From: Candidatus Nitrospira inopinata
GTDB taxonomy: Bacteria; Nitrospirota; Nitrospiria; Nitrospirales; Nitrospiraceae
Length of the DNA stretch: 32,000 bases
Direction of reading: 5' to 3'
NCBI RefSeq assembly: GCF_001458695.1
Contig: NZ_LN885086.1
Coordinates: 450,001 to 482,000 of the forward strand
The notes beneath the pieces are model-generated. The model worked only from the letters and a program-made list of their open reading frames with translations. It was not told where the DNA came from and did not search any database. The first letter of the stretch is position 1; each line of letters opens with the position of its first letter. Both the position numbers and the translations under genes were made by a program. This document shows positions 16,018-24,455 of the stretch, piece after piece.

Positions 16018-16228
16018 CCCCCATATTGCGCAGGAGGTCTTATATGCGCTGAAGAGGGACATCAACGGGGACAAATACGTCCGTGACAAACTTTTAACGC
16101 TTGAAACGTCGGAATGTAACAAACCGCGGGGGGCGACAGGTATTTACCGGGGAACATCGGGCACCGTGCCCAAGACAGGTAAAGAAACGTCACTCGATGC
16201 CGGTCGCATTCACGGAGAGCAAACCCGG

Positions 16229-17092
16229 TTAGACGCCAAGACCATGACCCAGCCGTAGCGTCTCAGGAGAAAGGAGACCACGTCCCCGTTGCCGATGCGC
16301 TTGCACGCACATTCGATAATATTGCCGTGCCTCCGCCGGCCGCCCTTGCGCAACCAGTAAGGGGATCAATCGCTGATACAGCGACTCAGCGGCCGTCTCC
16401 GCCTCAATGGCTCGTTCCAGCAGCATAATCACTTCCTCCACGTTTCCCTGCTCGAGGACGTCCTGACAGCGACAGGTGACCAGGCGAAGCCATCGGATTC
16501 GAAGTTGGGATCGCCGGAATTCGGCCCAGGCCGGCAGTTCCTCCAGGCCCAGGAAAGGACCTGTATAGAGCGCGATCGCTTGATCGACTTGTTGTCGCCT
16601 GACACAACAATCGAACTCCTCCACATCGAACCAGCACAAGTCAGGATTGAATGAAACCTTCCGGTCCTGCAACTGAAGGACCTGATCGACTCCGATCAGT
16701 TTGCGCAGGCGAGCAATCGATTTCTTGAAATTCGCATAACCCCTGTCGCCATCTGCGTCAGGCCAAAGCGCATCGATGACGCGTGATACCGGCACGTCAT
16801 GCCCGCCGAAGGTGATAACGGCTGCCACTAATTCCAACAGGCGATGAGACGCCTTGCGCCGTTTCTCCAACGGTTTGCCATCCACCTCCACCACGAGCAT
16901 CCCGAACGCCCAAATTCTGACCCTCCAGGATTGATTCTCTGGCACAGGTTCATCAGCTAGACGGGAGAAGTTGGCAGGCGGTTGGCCCCACTGGTCTTGT
17001 CGCCGTCTCACGGAGCACCTCAAGAGAAATCTACGAGGGGGGGATATATCAGGCCCCTCTTTCGTGGCTCGTTCTGAAAAGATGTTGAACAC
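16229..17092 (-). CDS. SARP/AfsR-DnrI-type regulator (OmpR-like winged helix plus BTAD domain)
   Basis: The segment RIWAFGMLVVEVDGKPLEKRRKASHRLLELVAAVITFGGHDVPVSRVIDALWPD fits the SARP DNA-binding N-terminus. The segment LCWFDVEEFDCC...ALYTGPFL...WAEFRRSQLRIRWL...AESLYQRLIPLLVAQGRPAEARQYYRMC fits the BTAD/TPR-like domain. The start is uncertain: 17092 is a GTG, and there is no ATG/GTG/TTG just before the conserved RIWAFG. Confidence 0.65.
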   Translation of the reverse strand: MFNIFSERATKEGPDISPPRRFLLRCSVRRRQDQWGQPPANFSRLADEPVPENQSWRVRIWAFGMLVVEVDGKPLEKRRKASHRLLELVAAVITFGGHDVPVSRVIDALWPDADGDRGYANFKKSIARLRKLIGVDQVLQLQDRKVSFNPDLCWFDVEEFDCCVRRQQVDQAIALYTGPFLGLEELPAWAEFRRSQLRIRWLRLVTCRCQDVLEQGNVEEVIMLLERAIEAETAAESLYQRLIPLLVAQGRPAEARQYYRMCVQAHRQRGRGLLSPETLRLGHGLGV

Positions 17093-17158
17093 AACCGGTT
17101 ACTTGGGAATCGCCCGTGCGTGACAAAGAGGAGCGCACAGTACGTGCAAGCGATGTGG

Positions 17159-17236
17159 TGGTGGTCCCAACGGGATTCGAACCCGTGTTTAAGCCTTGAG
17201 AGGGCTCCGTCCTAGGCCAGGCTAGACGATGGGACC
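17159..17236 (-). tRNA. tRNA-Glu (anticodon CUC), CCA encoded
   Basis: The minus strand reads GGTCCCATCGTCTAGCCTGGCCTAGGACGGAGCCCTCTCAAGGCTTAAACACGGGTTCGAATCCCGTTGGGACCACCA. It folds as a cloverleaf with a 7-bp acceptor stem, the GTTCGAATC T-loop and the anticodon loop CTCTCAA. It resembles E. coli tRNA-Glu. Confidence 0.9.
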
Positions 17237-17395
17237 ATCCTTCGTGGCACGCCACTCAACAGGGGGAACCGTGCTGAAGGCGCTAAGTACCGGGAAGAAG
17301 ACAAGATTGCCAAGGACGGTAGCATAGGGCCTTCGGGCTTTGCAATGGGAGCGACCATCGTTCTTCATGCGTTCCCGTGGCTCCTCTTCACCCTC

Positions 17396-17424
17396 TTGAC
17401 AGGAACACCCCATCGGCCTAGCCT
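17396..17424 (+). promoter_or_regulatory. Putative sigma70-type promoter for the hypothetical gene at 17452
   Basis: TTGACA (17396-17401), a 17-nt spacer, then TAGCCT (17419-17424). Motif match by eye only. Confidence 0.3.
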
Positions 17425-17451
17425 GCTTCTCTGCTTCGTCGACAAACGGTC

Positions 17452-18042
17452 ATGGACTCACCACGAACCATGAGAGAACAGTTCCTACGGTCTTTCCAAG
17501 ACGAGTCCACGACTCGAACGAGTCTCGAAGGGAAGGGCCTGCGCCAACAGCGGTTCGAGCTGCTCATCGGCTCCAACGTGTTCCACGACACCAACGGCGT
17601 GGTGATGATCGAGGAAAAGGAACAGCTCGTCTTGGAATGGCGGCCCGACGAGGAGCTGTTGCTCGTGACGATGGATCTGTACGATGAACGCGGCATCCAC
17701 GTCGCGCACCTGCGACGCAATGTGTTCGCGGTGAACCGATCCGCGCAATTCAGCGTCGAGGTCCACCGCAGCGCGGATGACATCGGCGCTGATCCCCCTT
17801 GGGTTCGACTCTTCGACAATCAGTCCGGGCTTTCCGTGCTCGACGTTCACATCACTTCGGAGCATCGAGTGCGCATCTCTTCCGGCCGGTTCCATTCGCA
17901 TCGCGGCACGCCGGTGGAGATCACCCCTCACTATTGTCGCCTCGGCTCACAGGCGACGTTGTTCGGTGAAATCGTCGAAGCCCGAGGCGGCATGGTCGTC
18001 CTTGGCTCCGAACGACCACGACCGCCCTCTCCCGCGCCATGA
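17452..18042 (+). CDS. Hypothetical protein, no recognised family
   Basis: 196 aa with an ATG start. The + frame has strong G/C third-position bias, consistent with real coding sequence, unlike the overlapping minus-strand ORFs. The composition looks beta-rich and the tail is Pro-rich. Confidence 0.5.
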   Translation: MDSPRTMREQFLRSFQDESTTRTSLEGKGLRQQRFELLIGSNVFHDTNGVVMIEEKEQLVLEWRPDEELLLVTMDLYDERGIHVAHLRRNVFAVNRSAQFSVEVHRSADDIGADPPWVRLFDNQSGLSVLDVHITSEHRVRISSGRFHSHRGTPVEITPHYCRLGSQATLFGEIVEARGGMVVLGSERPRPPSPAP

Positions 18043-18207
18043 CCTTCGACGACGATCGCGCACCGGTCTTTCACGGGGTCCCGTTGCCGTTCGGGACGAA
18101 CATGCTTCTCTCGCACAATCATGGGCTTCTTCGGCAAGACCACTCCACACTCACGATGAGCCCTGTTCGATGGGAGACATCGTGCTTGTCATGATGTCGA
18201 TCGTCTC

Positions 18208-18648
18208 ATGACGGATTTTCTCAAACCCACGGTGCAGGCCTTCCTCGTCTGCGACCAAGTCATCGAGGACAGTTTGACCAGAAAGAAGAGCGTGATCGGC
18301 ATCTTCACGCACCTCCAAGCCGCTGTCTTTCCCTTCCAACACCAGCACATGGGCCTCTACTTTTGCCTGACGGATGTCGAGGGAACCCATCAGTTTGAAA
18401 TCGATCTCGTCTATCTCAACAACGAACAGCTCGTGTGTCGCGCCGTTCTTCCCAGCATCTCGATCGGCAACCGGCTGCAAATCTCTGACTTCGGCATCAA
18501 CATCCCGTCATTGATCGTTCCCTCGCCCGGCCGCTATGAGTTTCGACTGAAGATGGACGGCCACTTGATCGCGCAGAAAGACTTTAACGTGGTGCAGGCG
18601 ATGCCACCCCCGACCACGGAACCGCCCACGCAGGAGCCGGCTCCCTGA
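18208..18648 (+). CDS. Hypothetical small protein, possibly DUF6941-like
   Basis: 146 aa with an ATG start. The pattern AFLVCDQVIED...KKSVIGIFTHL.AAVFPFQH..MGLYFCL.DVEGTHQFEIDLVYLN...GRYEFRLKMDGHLIAQKDFNV recalls a widespread uncharacterised family of about 130 aa. I believe this is DUF6941 but cannot verify it. The C-terminal linker is PT-rich. Confidence 0.55.
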   Translation: MTDFLKPTVQAFLVCDQVIEDSLTRKKSVIGIFTHLQAAVFPFQHQHMGLYFCLTDVEGTHQFEIDLVYLNNEQLVCRAVLPSISIGNRLQISDFGINIPSLIVPSPGRYEFRLKMDGHLIAQKDFNVVQAMPPPTTEPPTQEPAP

Positions 18649-18747
18649 GACCCCGGCTCAGCCATTCCTTGGCACTTGCTTCTGTGGTAGAAATGCGCGG
18701 ACCATGAGCCGTGTCGATTCCTCCCAGCCGATGATGAAAGGACTTGC

Positions 18748-20448
18748 ATGACGACGCCGGACTCGACAGCCCCCTCGGACTTCATACGCGACATCATTGC
18801 AGCGGATCGAGCGGCCGGCAAGCATGGCGGCAGGGTCGTGACCAGGTTTCCTCCTGAGCCCAACGGCTATCTCCACATCGGCCATGCCAAGTCGATCTGC
18901 TTGAACTTCGGCATCGCCCTGGAAAATCCAGGAGGCCGGTGCCACCTGCGGCTCGACGACACCAACCCCACAACCGAAGACCCAGAATATGTCGCGGCCA
19001 TTCAAGAGGACATCAGGTGGCTGGGGTTTGATTGGAATGGCCATCTCTTTTATGCCTCGGACTATTTTGAGCAGCTCTATCAGTTCGCCGTCACGCTCAT
19101 TAAAAAAGGCAAGGCTTATGTGGACAGCCTCTCGGCCGACGAAATCCGCGCCTATCGCGGGACGTTGACCGAACCGGGACGGGAGAGTCCATATCGGAAC
19201 CGTTCGGTCGAAGAGAATTTGGACCTATTCGCCCGCATGAGAGCCGGTGAGTTTCCCGACGGCGCTCATGTCTTACGCGCCAAGATCGACATGGCCTCGC
19301 CCAACATCAATCTCCGCGACCCGGTGCTCTATCGCATCCGGCATGTCGCCCATTACCGGACAGGCACTGCGTGGTGCATCTATCCCTCTTATGATTTCGC
19401 CCATCCACTCTCCGATGCCATCGAGGGGATCACCCATTCCATTTGCACACTGGAATTTGAAGACCATCGCCCGCTGTACGATTGGGTGGTGGCCGAGGCC
19501 GAAGCCCCCCATCGGCCCCGGCAAATCGAGTTTGCCCGCTTGAATCTGAGCGGCACCGTGATGAGCAAACGCCGCCTGCTCGAGCTGGTGGACAAACGTC
19601 TGGTCGCCGGCTGGGATGATCCTCGACTGCCGACCCTCAAGGGCCTTCGCCGCCGAGGCGTCCCCCCCGAAGCCATCCGCGCCTTTTGCGAACACATCGG
19701 GGTGGCCAAGCGGGATGCCGTCGTGGAGATGCAGCTCTTTGAACACTTCATCCGTGAAGATTTAAACCGTCGTGCCCCGCGGGTCATGGCGGTGCTCAAG
19801 CCGCTCAAACTGATCATCGACAACTATCCGGAACAGCTCGTGGAGGAACTGGACGCCGTCAATAATCCGGAAGACCCCTCGGCGGGAACCAGAAAGGTTC
19901 CCTTCTCTCGAGAACTGTACATTGAGCAGGACGACTTTCGGGAAGACCCGCCCAAACAGTTCTTCCGTCTCGCGCCGGGGCGGGAAGTGCGGCTGCGCTA
20001 CGCCTATATCGTCAAGTGCGTGGGCGCCACGAAAGACCCGAGCACTGGCCAGGTGACCGAGGTGCACTGTGTGTATGATCCGGACACGAAGGGGGGATCC
20101 TCGCGAGACCAGCGGAAAGTGAAGGCGACGATCCATTGGGTGTCGGCGGCCCACGCCGTTCCGGCGGAGGCGCGCCTGTACAACCAATTGCTCACCTGTG
20201 ACCTCAACGAGATCCCCGACAACGAGGAATGGACCAAGTATCTGAATCCCCATTCCCTCGAACGATTGACCCGCTGCCTGGTTGAGCCAGGGCTGCGACA
20301 GGCCCCCCTTGGAGCCCGATTTCAATTTGAGCGGCAAGGGTACTTCTGCGTGGACCCTGACTCGTCGACGGACCGGCCGGTCTTCAATCGAACCGTCTCT
20401 CTCAAGGACACCTGGGCCAAGGTCGAAAGGGCTCAACAACAGCGGTGA
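18748..20448 (+). CDS. glnS: Glutamine--tRNA ligase (GlnRS)
   Basis: 566 aa. The N-terminus [48 protein letters not shown] is nearly co-linear with E. coli GlnRS. The HIGH motif and the VMSKR (KMSKS) motif are present. Confidence 0.95.
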   Translation: MTTPDSTAPSDFIRDIIAADRAAGKHGGRVVTRFPPEPNGYLHIGHAKSICLNFGIALENPGGRCHLRLDDTNPTTEDPEYVAAIQEDIRWLGFDWNGHLFYASDYFEQLYQFAVTLIKKGKAYVDSLSADEIRAYRGTLTEPGRESPYRNRSVEENLDLFARMRAGEFPDGAHVLRAKIDMASPNINLRDPVLYRIRHVAHYRTGTAWCIYPSYDFAHPLSDAIEGITHSICTLEFEDHRPLYDWVVAEAEAPHRPRQIEFARLNLSGTVMSKRRLLELVDKRLVAGWDDPRLPTLKGLRRRGVPPEAIRAFCEHIGVAKRDAVVEMQLFEHFIREDLNRRAPRVMAVLKPLKLIIDNYPEQLVEELDAVNNPEDPSAGTRKVPFSRELYIEQDDFREDPPKQFFRLAPGREVRLRYAYIVKCVGATKDPSTGQVTEVHCVYDPDTKGGSSRDQRKVKATIHWVSAAHAVPAEARLYNQLLTCDLNEIPDNEEWTKYLNPHSLERLTRCLVEPGLRQAPLGARFQFERQGYFCVDPDSSTDRPVFNRTVSLKDTWAKVERAQQQR

Positions 20449-20519
20449 CAGGCGGACTTTGCCAAAGCTTGGAAGGGCACAGCCTGTCCATCACCCGCCC
20501 ATCTTGGTATCATAGGGCC

Positions 20520-20708
20520 ATGGTCTGTCCTCTTTGCCGCCAACCGACCACGTGGGAACAGAACCCGTGGCGGCCCTTTTGCTCCGAACGGTGCAAGCTG
20601 ACGGATCTGGGACGTTGGGCGGCTGAAGGGTATCGGATTGCTGGCGCTCCACTCTCCATCGAATCCGCCGTTGAATCCGAGCCTCGCGAATCAGAATCAA
20701 CCGGCTAG
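20520..20708 (+). CDS. yacG: YacG-type zinc-binding DNA gyrase inhibitor
   Basis: An internal ATG at 20520 in the tracked ORF 20445-20708 gives [40 protein letters not shown]. This matches the YacG CPxC...RPFCSxRCxxxDLGxWA signature. Confidence 0.8.
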   Translation: MVCPLCRQPTTWEQNPWRPFCSERCKLTDLGRWAAEGYRIAGAPLSIESAVESEPRESESTG

Positions 20709-20744
20709 GCGTCTTTTTATCTCTTTTTTCGCTTCACCACCCAG

Positions 20745-20773
20745 TTGGCAAGCCGTGAAAAACTTGCTATGGT
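20745..20773 (+). promoter_or_regulatory. Putative sigma70-type promoter for the alcohol dehydrogenase gene
   Basis: TTGGCA (20745-20750), a 17-nt spacer, then TATGGT (20768-20773). AAAGGAGG lies about 7 nt before the ATG at 20810. Confidence 0.4.
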
Positions 20774-20809
20774 CCTGCCGTTTTTTGAAGGCCCGAAAGG
20801 AGGTACTTC

Positions 20810-21853
20810 ATGTTGCCTACCAAAGGCTATGCGGCCCTGACCGCCAAGGCGCCGTTGCAGCCTTATTCGTTTGAACGGCGTGCCGTCGGCGATCATGATG
20901 TCCTGATTGCCATCAGTCACTGTGGGATCTGCCATTCCGACATCCATCAAGCCCGTAACGAATGGGGCGGATCGCTGTTTCCCATGGTGCCGGGCCACGA
21001 AATCATCGGCACGGTCACCCGTGTAGGAGCAGCCGTCACGAAGTTCCAAGTCGGCGATCGGGTGGGAGTCGGCTGTTTTGTGGACTCCTGCCGAACCTGC
21101 GCCGCTTGCCGGGAAGGCTTGGAGCAGTACTGTGAAACGGGCATGGTGCTGACCTACAGCGGCCGCGACCGAGACGGGCGGATCACCCAAGGAGGCTACT
21201 CGACCCAGATCGTGGTGGACGAACAGTATGTCCTGCGCGTGCCTGCTTCCCTATCGGCCGCCGGCGCCGCGCCGTTGCTCTGCGCCGGCATTACGACGTA
21301 CTCTCCGCTGCGACATTGGGGCATCGGCAAATATCACAAGCTCGCCGTGGTCGGACTGGGCGGGTTGGGCCACATGGCGGTCAAACTCGCCAAAGCGCTC
21401 GACATCGACACCGTCGTGCTCAGCACGTCAGAGGGAAAGCGCAAGGAGGCGGAACGGTTGGGCGCGTCCGACTTTGCCGTGACGTCCGATCCGCGGACCT
21501 TCGCCAAACTGCAGCGACGCTTTGATTTTATCCTTGATACGGTTTCCGCGCCGCACGACTACAACGCCTATCTCAACCTCCTCAAAACTGACGGCACCAT
21601 GATCTTGGTCGGGGTACCGGAGAAACCCATGCCGCTTCACCCGTTTGCCCTGATTCTCAACCGGAGGCGGCTGGCCGGATCCGTCATCGGCGGAATTCGT
21701 GAGACTCAAGCGATGCTCGATTTCTGCGCGAGTCAGGCTGTCGAAGCCGACGTGGAAGTGATCCCGATCCAACAGGTCAATGAGGCCTATGAACGGGTCC
21801 TGAAAGGTGACGTGCGATTTCGGTTTGTCATTGATATGGCCTCCCTGTCGTAA
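20810..21853 (+). CDS. Zn-dependent NAD(P) alcohol dehydrogenase/aldehyde reductase (YahK/cinnamyl-ADH type)
   Basis: 347 aa. The motifs GICHSDIH, PMVPGHEIIG, GDRVGVGCFVDSCRTCAACREGLEQYC (structural Zn Cys cluster) and VVGLGGLGH (Rossmann) are present. It is co-linear with E. coli YahK. Confidence 0.9.
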   Translation: MLPTKGYAALTAKAPLQPYSFERRAVGDHDVLIAISHCGICHSDIHQARNEWGGSLFPMVPGHEIIGTVTRVGAAVTKFQVGDRVGVGCFVDSCRTCAACREGLEQYCETGMVLTYSGRDRDGRITQGGYSTQIVVDEQYVLRVPASLSAAGAAPLLCAGITTYSPLRHWGIGKYHKLAVVGLGGLGHMAVKLAKALDIDTVVLSTSEGKRKEAERLGASDFAVTSDPRTFAKLQRRFDFILDTVSAPHDYNAYLNLLKTDGTMILVGVPEKPMPLHPFALILNRRRLAGSVIGGIRETQAMLDFCASQAVEADVEVIPIQQVNEAYERVLKGDVRFRFVIDMASLS

Positions 21854-21902
21854 GGTCCCTTACCCAGGAGGCGCCACGTTGAGGAAATCGGTGGAAACGA
21901 GG

Positions 21903-21976
21903 AGGAGGATAATGGCTGGGGGACTAGGAATCGAACCTAGGTAGCCAGCTCCAAAGGCTGGCGTCCTACCGCTAGA
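21903..21976 (-). tRNA. tRNA-Gln (anticodon UUG), CCA encoded
   Basis: The minus strand reads TGGGGGATCGTCTAGCGGTAGGACGCCAGCCTTTGGAGCTGGCTACCTAGGTTCGATTCCTAGTCCCCCAGCCA. The anticodon loop is CTTTGGA. U1-A72 and G73 match E. coli tRNA-Gln. Confidence 0.9.
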
Positions 21977-22037
21977 CGATCCCCCAGCGTCGTTGATGCA
22001 ATTATGGATGGCGAAGCCGAACGCTTTCTTCGATGAT

Positions 22038-22111
22038 TGGCTGGGGGACTAGGAATCGAACCTAGGTAGTCAGATCCAGAGTCTGACGTCCTACCGCTAG
22101 ACGATCCCCCA
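22038..22111 (-). tRNA. tRNA-Gln (anticodon CUG), CCA encoded
   Basis: The minus strand reads TGGGGGATCGTCTAGCGGTAGGACGTCAGACTCTGGATCTGACTACCTAGGTTCGATTCCTAGTCCCCCAGCCA. The anticodon loop is CTCTGGA. It is identical to the UUG isoacceptor except for 5 positions in the anticodon arm. Confidence 0.9.
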
Positions 22112-22147
22112 ACCGACGCTCACCGTAATATACGAGACCGTGATCCG

Positions 22148-23569
22148 TCAAGCCTGGCCCCGTTTCGCTCGCTCCACCCCCTGCTGAAGCCGCCACAGGA
22201 CCCGTTCTTTGCCCAACACCTCCATCACCTCGAACAAGCCCGGACTGGCGGATCGACCGGTGAGGGCGACGCGGACCGGTTGGGCCAGTTGCCCCATTTT
22301 TATCCCTTCCTCTTGGACAAGTTGCTTGAAACACTGTTCCCACTCGGTTTTGGAGAACGTTGGCAAGGCGGAGAACCGCTCGATCAATCGGCCCAGAACC
22401 GGGGCAATAGCCGGCGTGAGAAACTTGTTCGCCGCCTCCTCGTCGTGCGGGACCGACTGTCCGAAATAGGGTTTGACCCACTCGACCATCTCGACGAGCG
22501 TCTTGGTTCGCTCTCTGACCAACACAACCAATTGAGCCAGCCAGTCAGCCGAGGCCTGCTTGACCTGCTCTCCCAGACCGGCCTGCTCCAAAAAAGGAAC
22601 CAACAGGGTGGCCACTCGCTCGGGCGGACTGGTTTTGATGTATTCGGCGTTCATCCAGAGCAGTTTGTCGGGGTTAAAGACCGCCGCCGATTTTTGCACG
22701 TGGTCCCATGAGAACTTCTGGATCAGCTCTTCTCGTGTAAAGAGTTCTTGATCGCCATGGGACCATCCGAGGCGGGCCAGATAGTTGATCATGGCCTCCG
22801 GCAGGTATCCCATGTCTTTATAGGCCATGATGGAGGTCGCGCCGTGCCGTTTCGACAGCCTCGTCTTGTCCGAACCGAGAATCATCGGTAAATGGCCGAA
22901 GCGAGGCACGAGGAACCCGAGCGCCTGGAAGATCGGGACTTGGCGCGGCGTGTTGGTCAGATGGTCGTCGCCGCGCACGACATGGGTGATCCCCATCAGC
23001 GCATCATCGACGACCACGGAAAAATTATAGGTCGGATACCCGTTGGACCGCAGAATGATGAGGTCGTCCAGCACCGCATTGTCAAACACGACCGTGCCCT
23101 TGATCAGATCATCCACCAGGGTCTGCCCGGACTGCGGCGCCTTGAACCGCAACGCCGCCTCCGAGGTGGGATGCATAATGCCTCGCTCGCGGCAGCGGCC
23201 GTCATAACGTGGGGATAGGCCCTTGGCCTCTGCTTCCCTGCGTCGGGCCTCCAGTTCTTCAGGCTTGCACACGCACCAGTAGGCTTGCCCTTTTTCCAGG
23301 AGCTGGAAGGCATATTGTCGATGGAGGTCCATCCGTTCCGTTTGCCGAAACGGTCCCTCGTCCCAATCGAGTCCAACCCATCGCATGCCTTCCAGGATCG
23401 CCTGGATCGACTCTTCGGTCGAGCGGCTTTGGTCCGTATCTTCAATACGCAAAATGAACGTCCCCCCCTGCTGGCGGGCATACAGCCAATTGAACAGTGC
23501 CGTCCGGACTCCTCCGATATGGAGAAAGCCCGTCGGACTGGGAGCGAATCGAACACGGACCTTGGTCAT
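22148..23569 (-). CDS. gltX: Glutamate--tRNA ligase (GluRS)
   Basis: 473 aa. The N-terminus is VRVRFAPSPTGFLHIGGVRTALFNWLYARQQGGTFILRIEDTDQSRS. The KLSKRHG (KMSKS) motif and a Zn-binding-like segment CVC...RYDGRCR are present. Confidence 0.95.
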   Translation of the reverse strand: MTKVRVRFAPSPTGFLHIGGVRTALFNWLYARQQGGTFILRIEDTDQSRSTEESIQAILEGMRWVGLDWDEGPFRQTERMDLHRQYAFQLLEKGQAYWCVCKPEELEARRREAEAKGLSPRYDGRCRERGIMHPTSEAALRFKAPQSGQTLVDDLIKGTVVFDNAVLDDLIILRSNGYPTYNFSVVVDDALMGITHVVRGDDHLTNTPRQVPIFQALGFLVPRFGHLPMILGSDKTRLSKRHGATSIMAYKDMGYLPEAMINYLARLGWSHGDQELFTREELIQKFSWDHVQKSAAVFNPDKLLWMNAEYIKTSPPERVATLLVPFLEQAGLGEQVKQASADWLAQLVVLVRERTKTLVEMVEWVKPYFGQSVPHDEEAANKFLTPAIAPVLGRLIERFSALPTFSKTEWEQCFKQLVQEEGIKMGQLAQPVRVALTGRSASPGLFEVMEVLGKERVLWRLQQGVERAKRGQA

Positions 23570-23714
23570 CTCTTGACTCCTCGGCTCACCGACCGTCGTC
23601 TCGACACGTGACAGCGTCTATAACATGGAGTGAAACGGCCTGTATAGGATGGTCGCGCTCCCACACTTTTCTTCCCGTCCATCCCTCTGATAAGAAGACT
23701 CCCTCAGAGGCATC

Positions 23715-24416
23715 ATGACTGAACCCATCCAACCGGCCGTCGTCCTGTCCGTCACCGACCTGACCTCCAACGTCCGTCAGCTCGTTCTGCTCCCCCAACA
23801 ACACAAACTCGATTTTCTGCCCGGCCAATGGGTGTCCCTCAAATTGCCGGTCGGCCCCCACCCCCCCCTCAATCGGGCCTATTCCATGGCTGAGCCGGCG
23901 TCGCCGTCCGGCGCATTGACGCTGGTGTTCGACCGTGTGCCGCAAGGATTGGGATCCAACTATCTCTATCAGCTTCGAGCCGGCGATACGGTCTCCCTGT
24001 CCGGCCCTCACGGGAAATTCGTGCTTCCGCAGCCGCCGGATCGAGAACTGCTCTGCATCGCCCGTTACACCGGCCTTGTTCCGATCCATTGCATGGTAAA
24101 GGCTTTGGAAGCGACTCGGGCCCCCACGCCGGTTCTCTTAGTCGCGGTGGGGCCGACGGAAGACGAACGGTTGTATCACGCCGAGTTGCTCTCTCTTGCC
24201 GTGACCCGGCCATCTTTTCAGTATTTGCCGCTGGTGGCTCCCACTGAAGAAGCCGCCGTGGCACTGGTCACCGACACGTTGTCTTCTTTGCTCCCCAACA
24301 AATCTAAAGCCGTTCCTCTGCTCTGCGGAACAAAAGCGTTCGTGCATCCCCTCCGACAGCGCTTGATCGAAGCGGGATATCAGCGGAAGGAGGTCAAGAT
24401 GGAAAGCTACGGCTAG
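23715..24416 (+). CDS. Ferredoxin-NADP reductase-like FAD/NAD(P)-binding oxidoreductase
   Basis: 233 aa. It has the RAYS (RxYS) FAD-binding motif, GLGSNYL, and two-domain FNR-like co-linearity. The usual GGTGIxP NAD(P) motif reads ARYTGLVP, which is atypical. Confidence 0.65.
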   Translation: MTEPIQPAVVLSVTDLTSNVRQLVLLPQQHKLDFLPGQWVSLKLPVGPHPPLNRAYSMAEPASPSGALTLVFDRVPQGLGSNYLYQLRAGDTVSLSGPHGKFVLPQPPDRELLCIARYTGLVPIHCMVKALEATRAPTPVLLVAVGPTEDERLYHAELLSLAVTRPSFQYLPLVAPTEEAAVALVTDTLSSLLPNKSKAVPLLCGTKAFVHPLRQRLIEAGYQRKEVKMESYG

Positions 24417-24455
24417 AGTCTCGATTGCAAGCCGGGATAATCGACCGCTGATTGT

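Noticed and set aside
15750-17236. Possible genomic island integrated at the 3' end of tRNA-Glu
   Set aside because: There is no integrase, transposase or phage gene. I found no direct repeat of the tRNA 3' end in the flanking 1.5 kb. Base composition does not shift visibly.
15807-17256. 14-nt exact repeat CGTGGCACGCCACT at 15807-15820 and 17243-17256, containing a GTGGC-N2-GCCAC inverted repeat and a TGGCAC sigma54-like -24 element
   Set aside because: About one or two 14-mer repeats are expected by chance in 32 kb. The -12 element is imperfect in the first copy (TTTC instead of TTGC) and absent in the second, and no + strand gene lies downstream. I note it only as a possible shared operator upstream of the DsbA-like gene and tRNA-Glu.
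18670-18685. TGGCAC followed by TTGC upstream of glnS, resembling a sigma54 promoter
   Set aside because: TTGC follows TGGCAC directly, so the GG-to-GC spacing does not match the consensus TGGCAC-N5-TTGC. It is not a functional -24/-12 arrangement.
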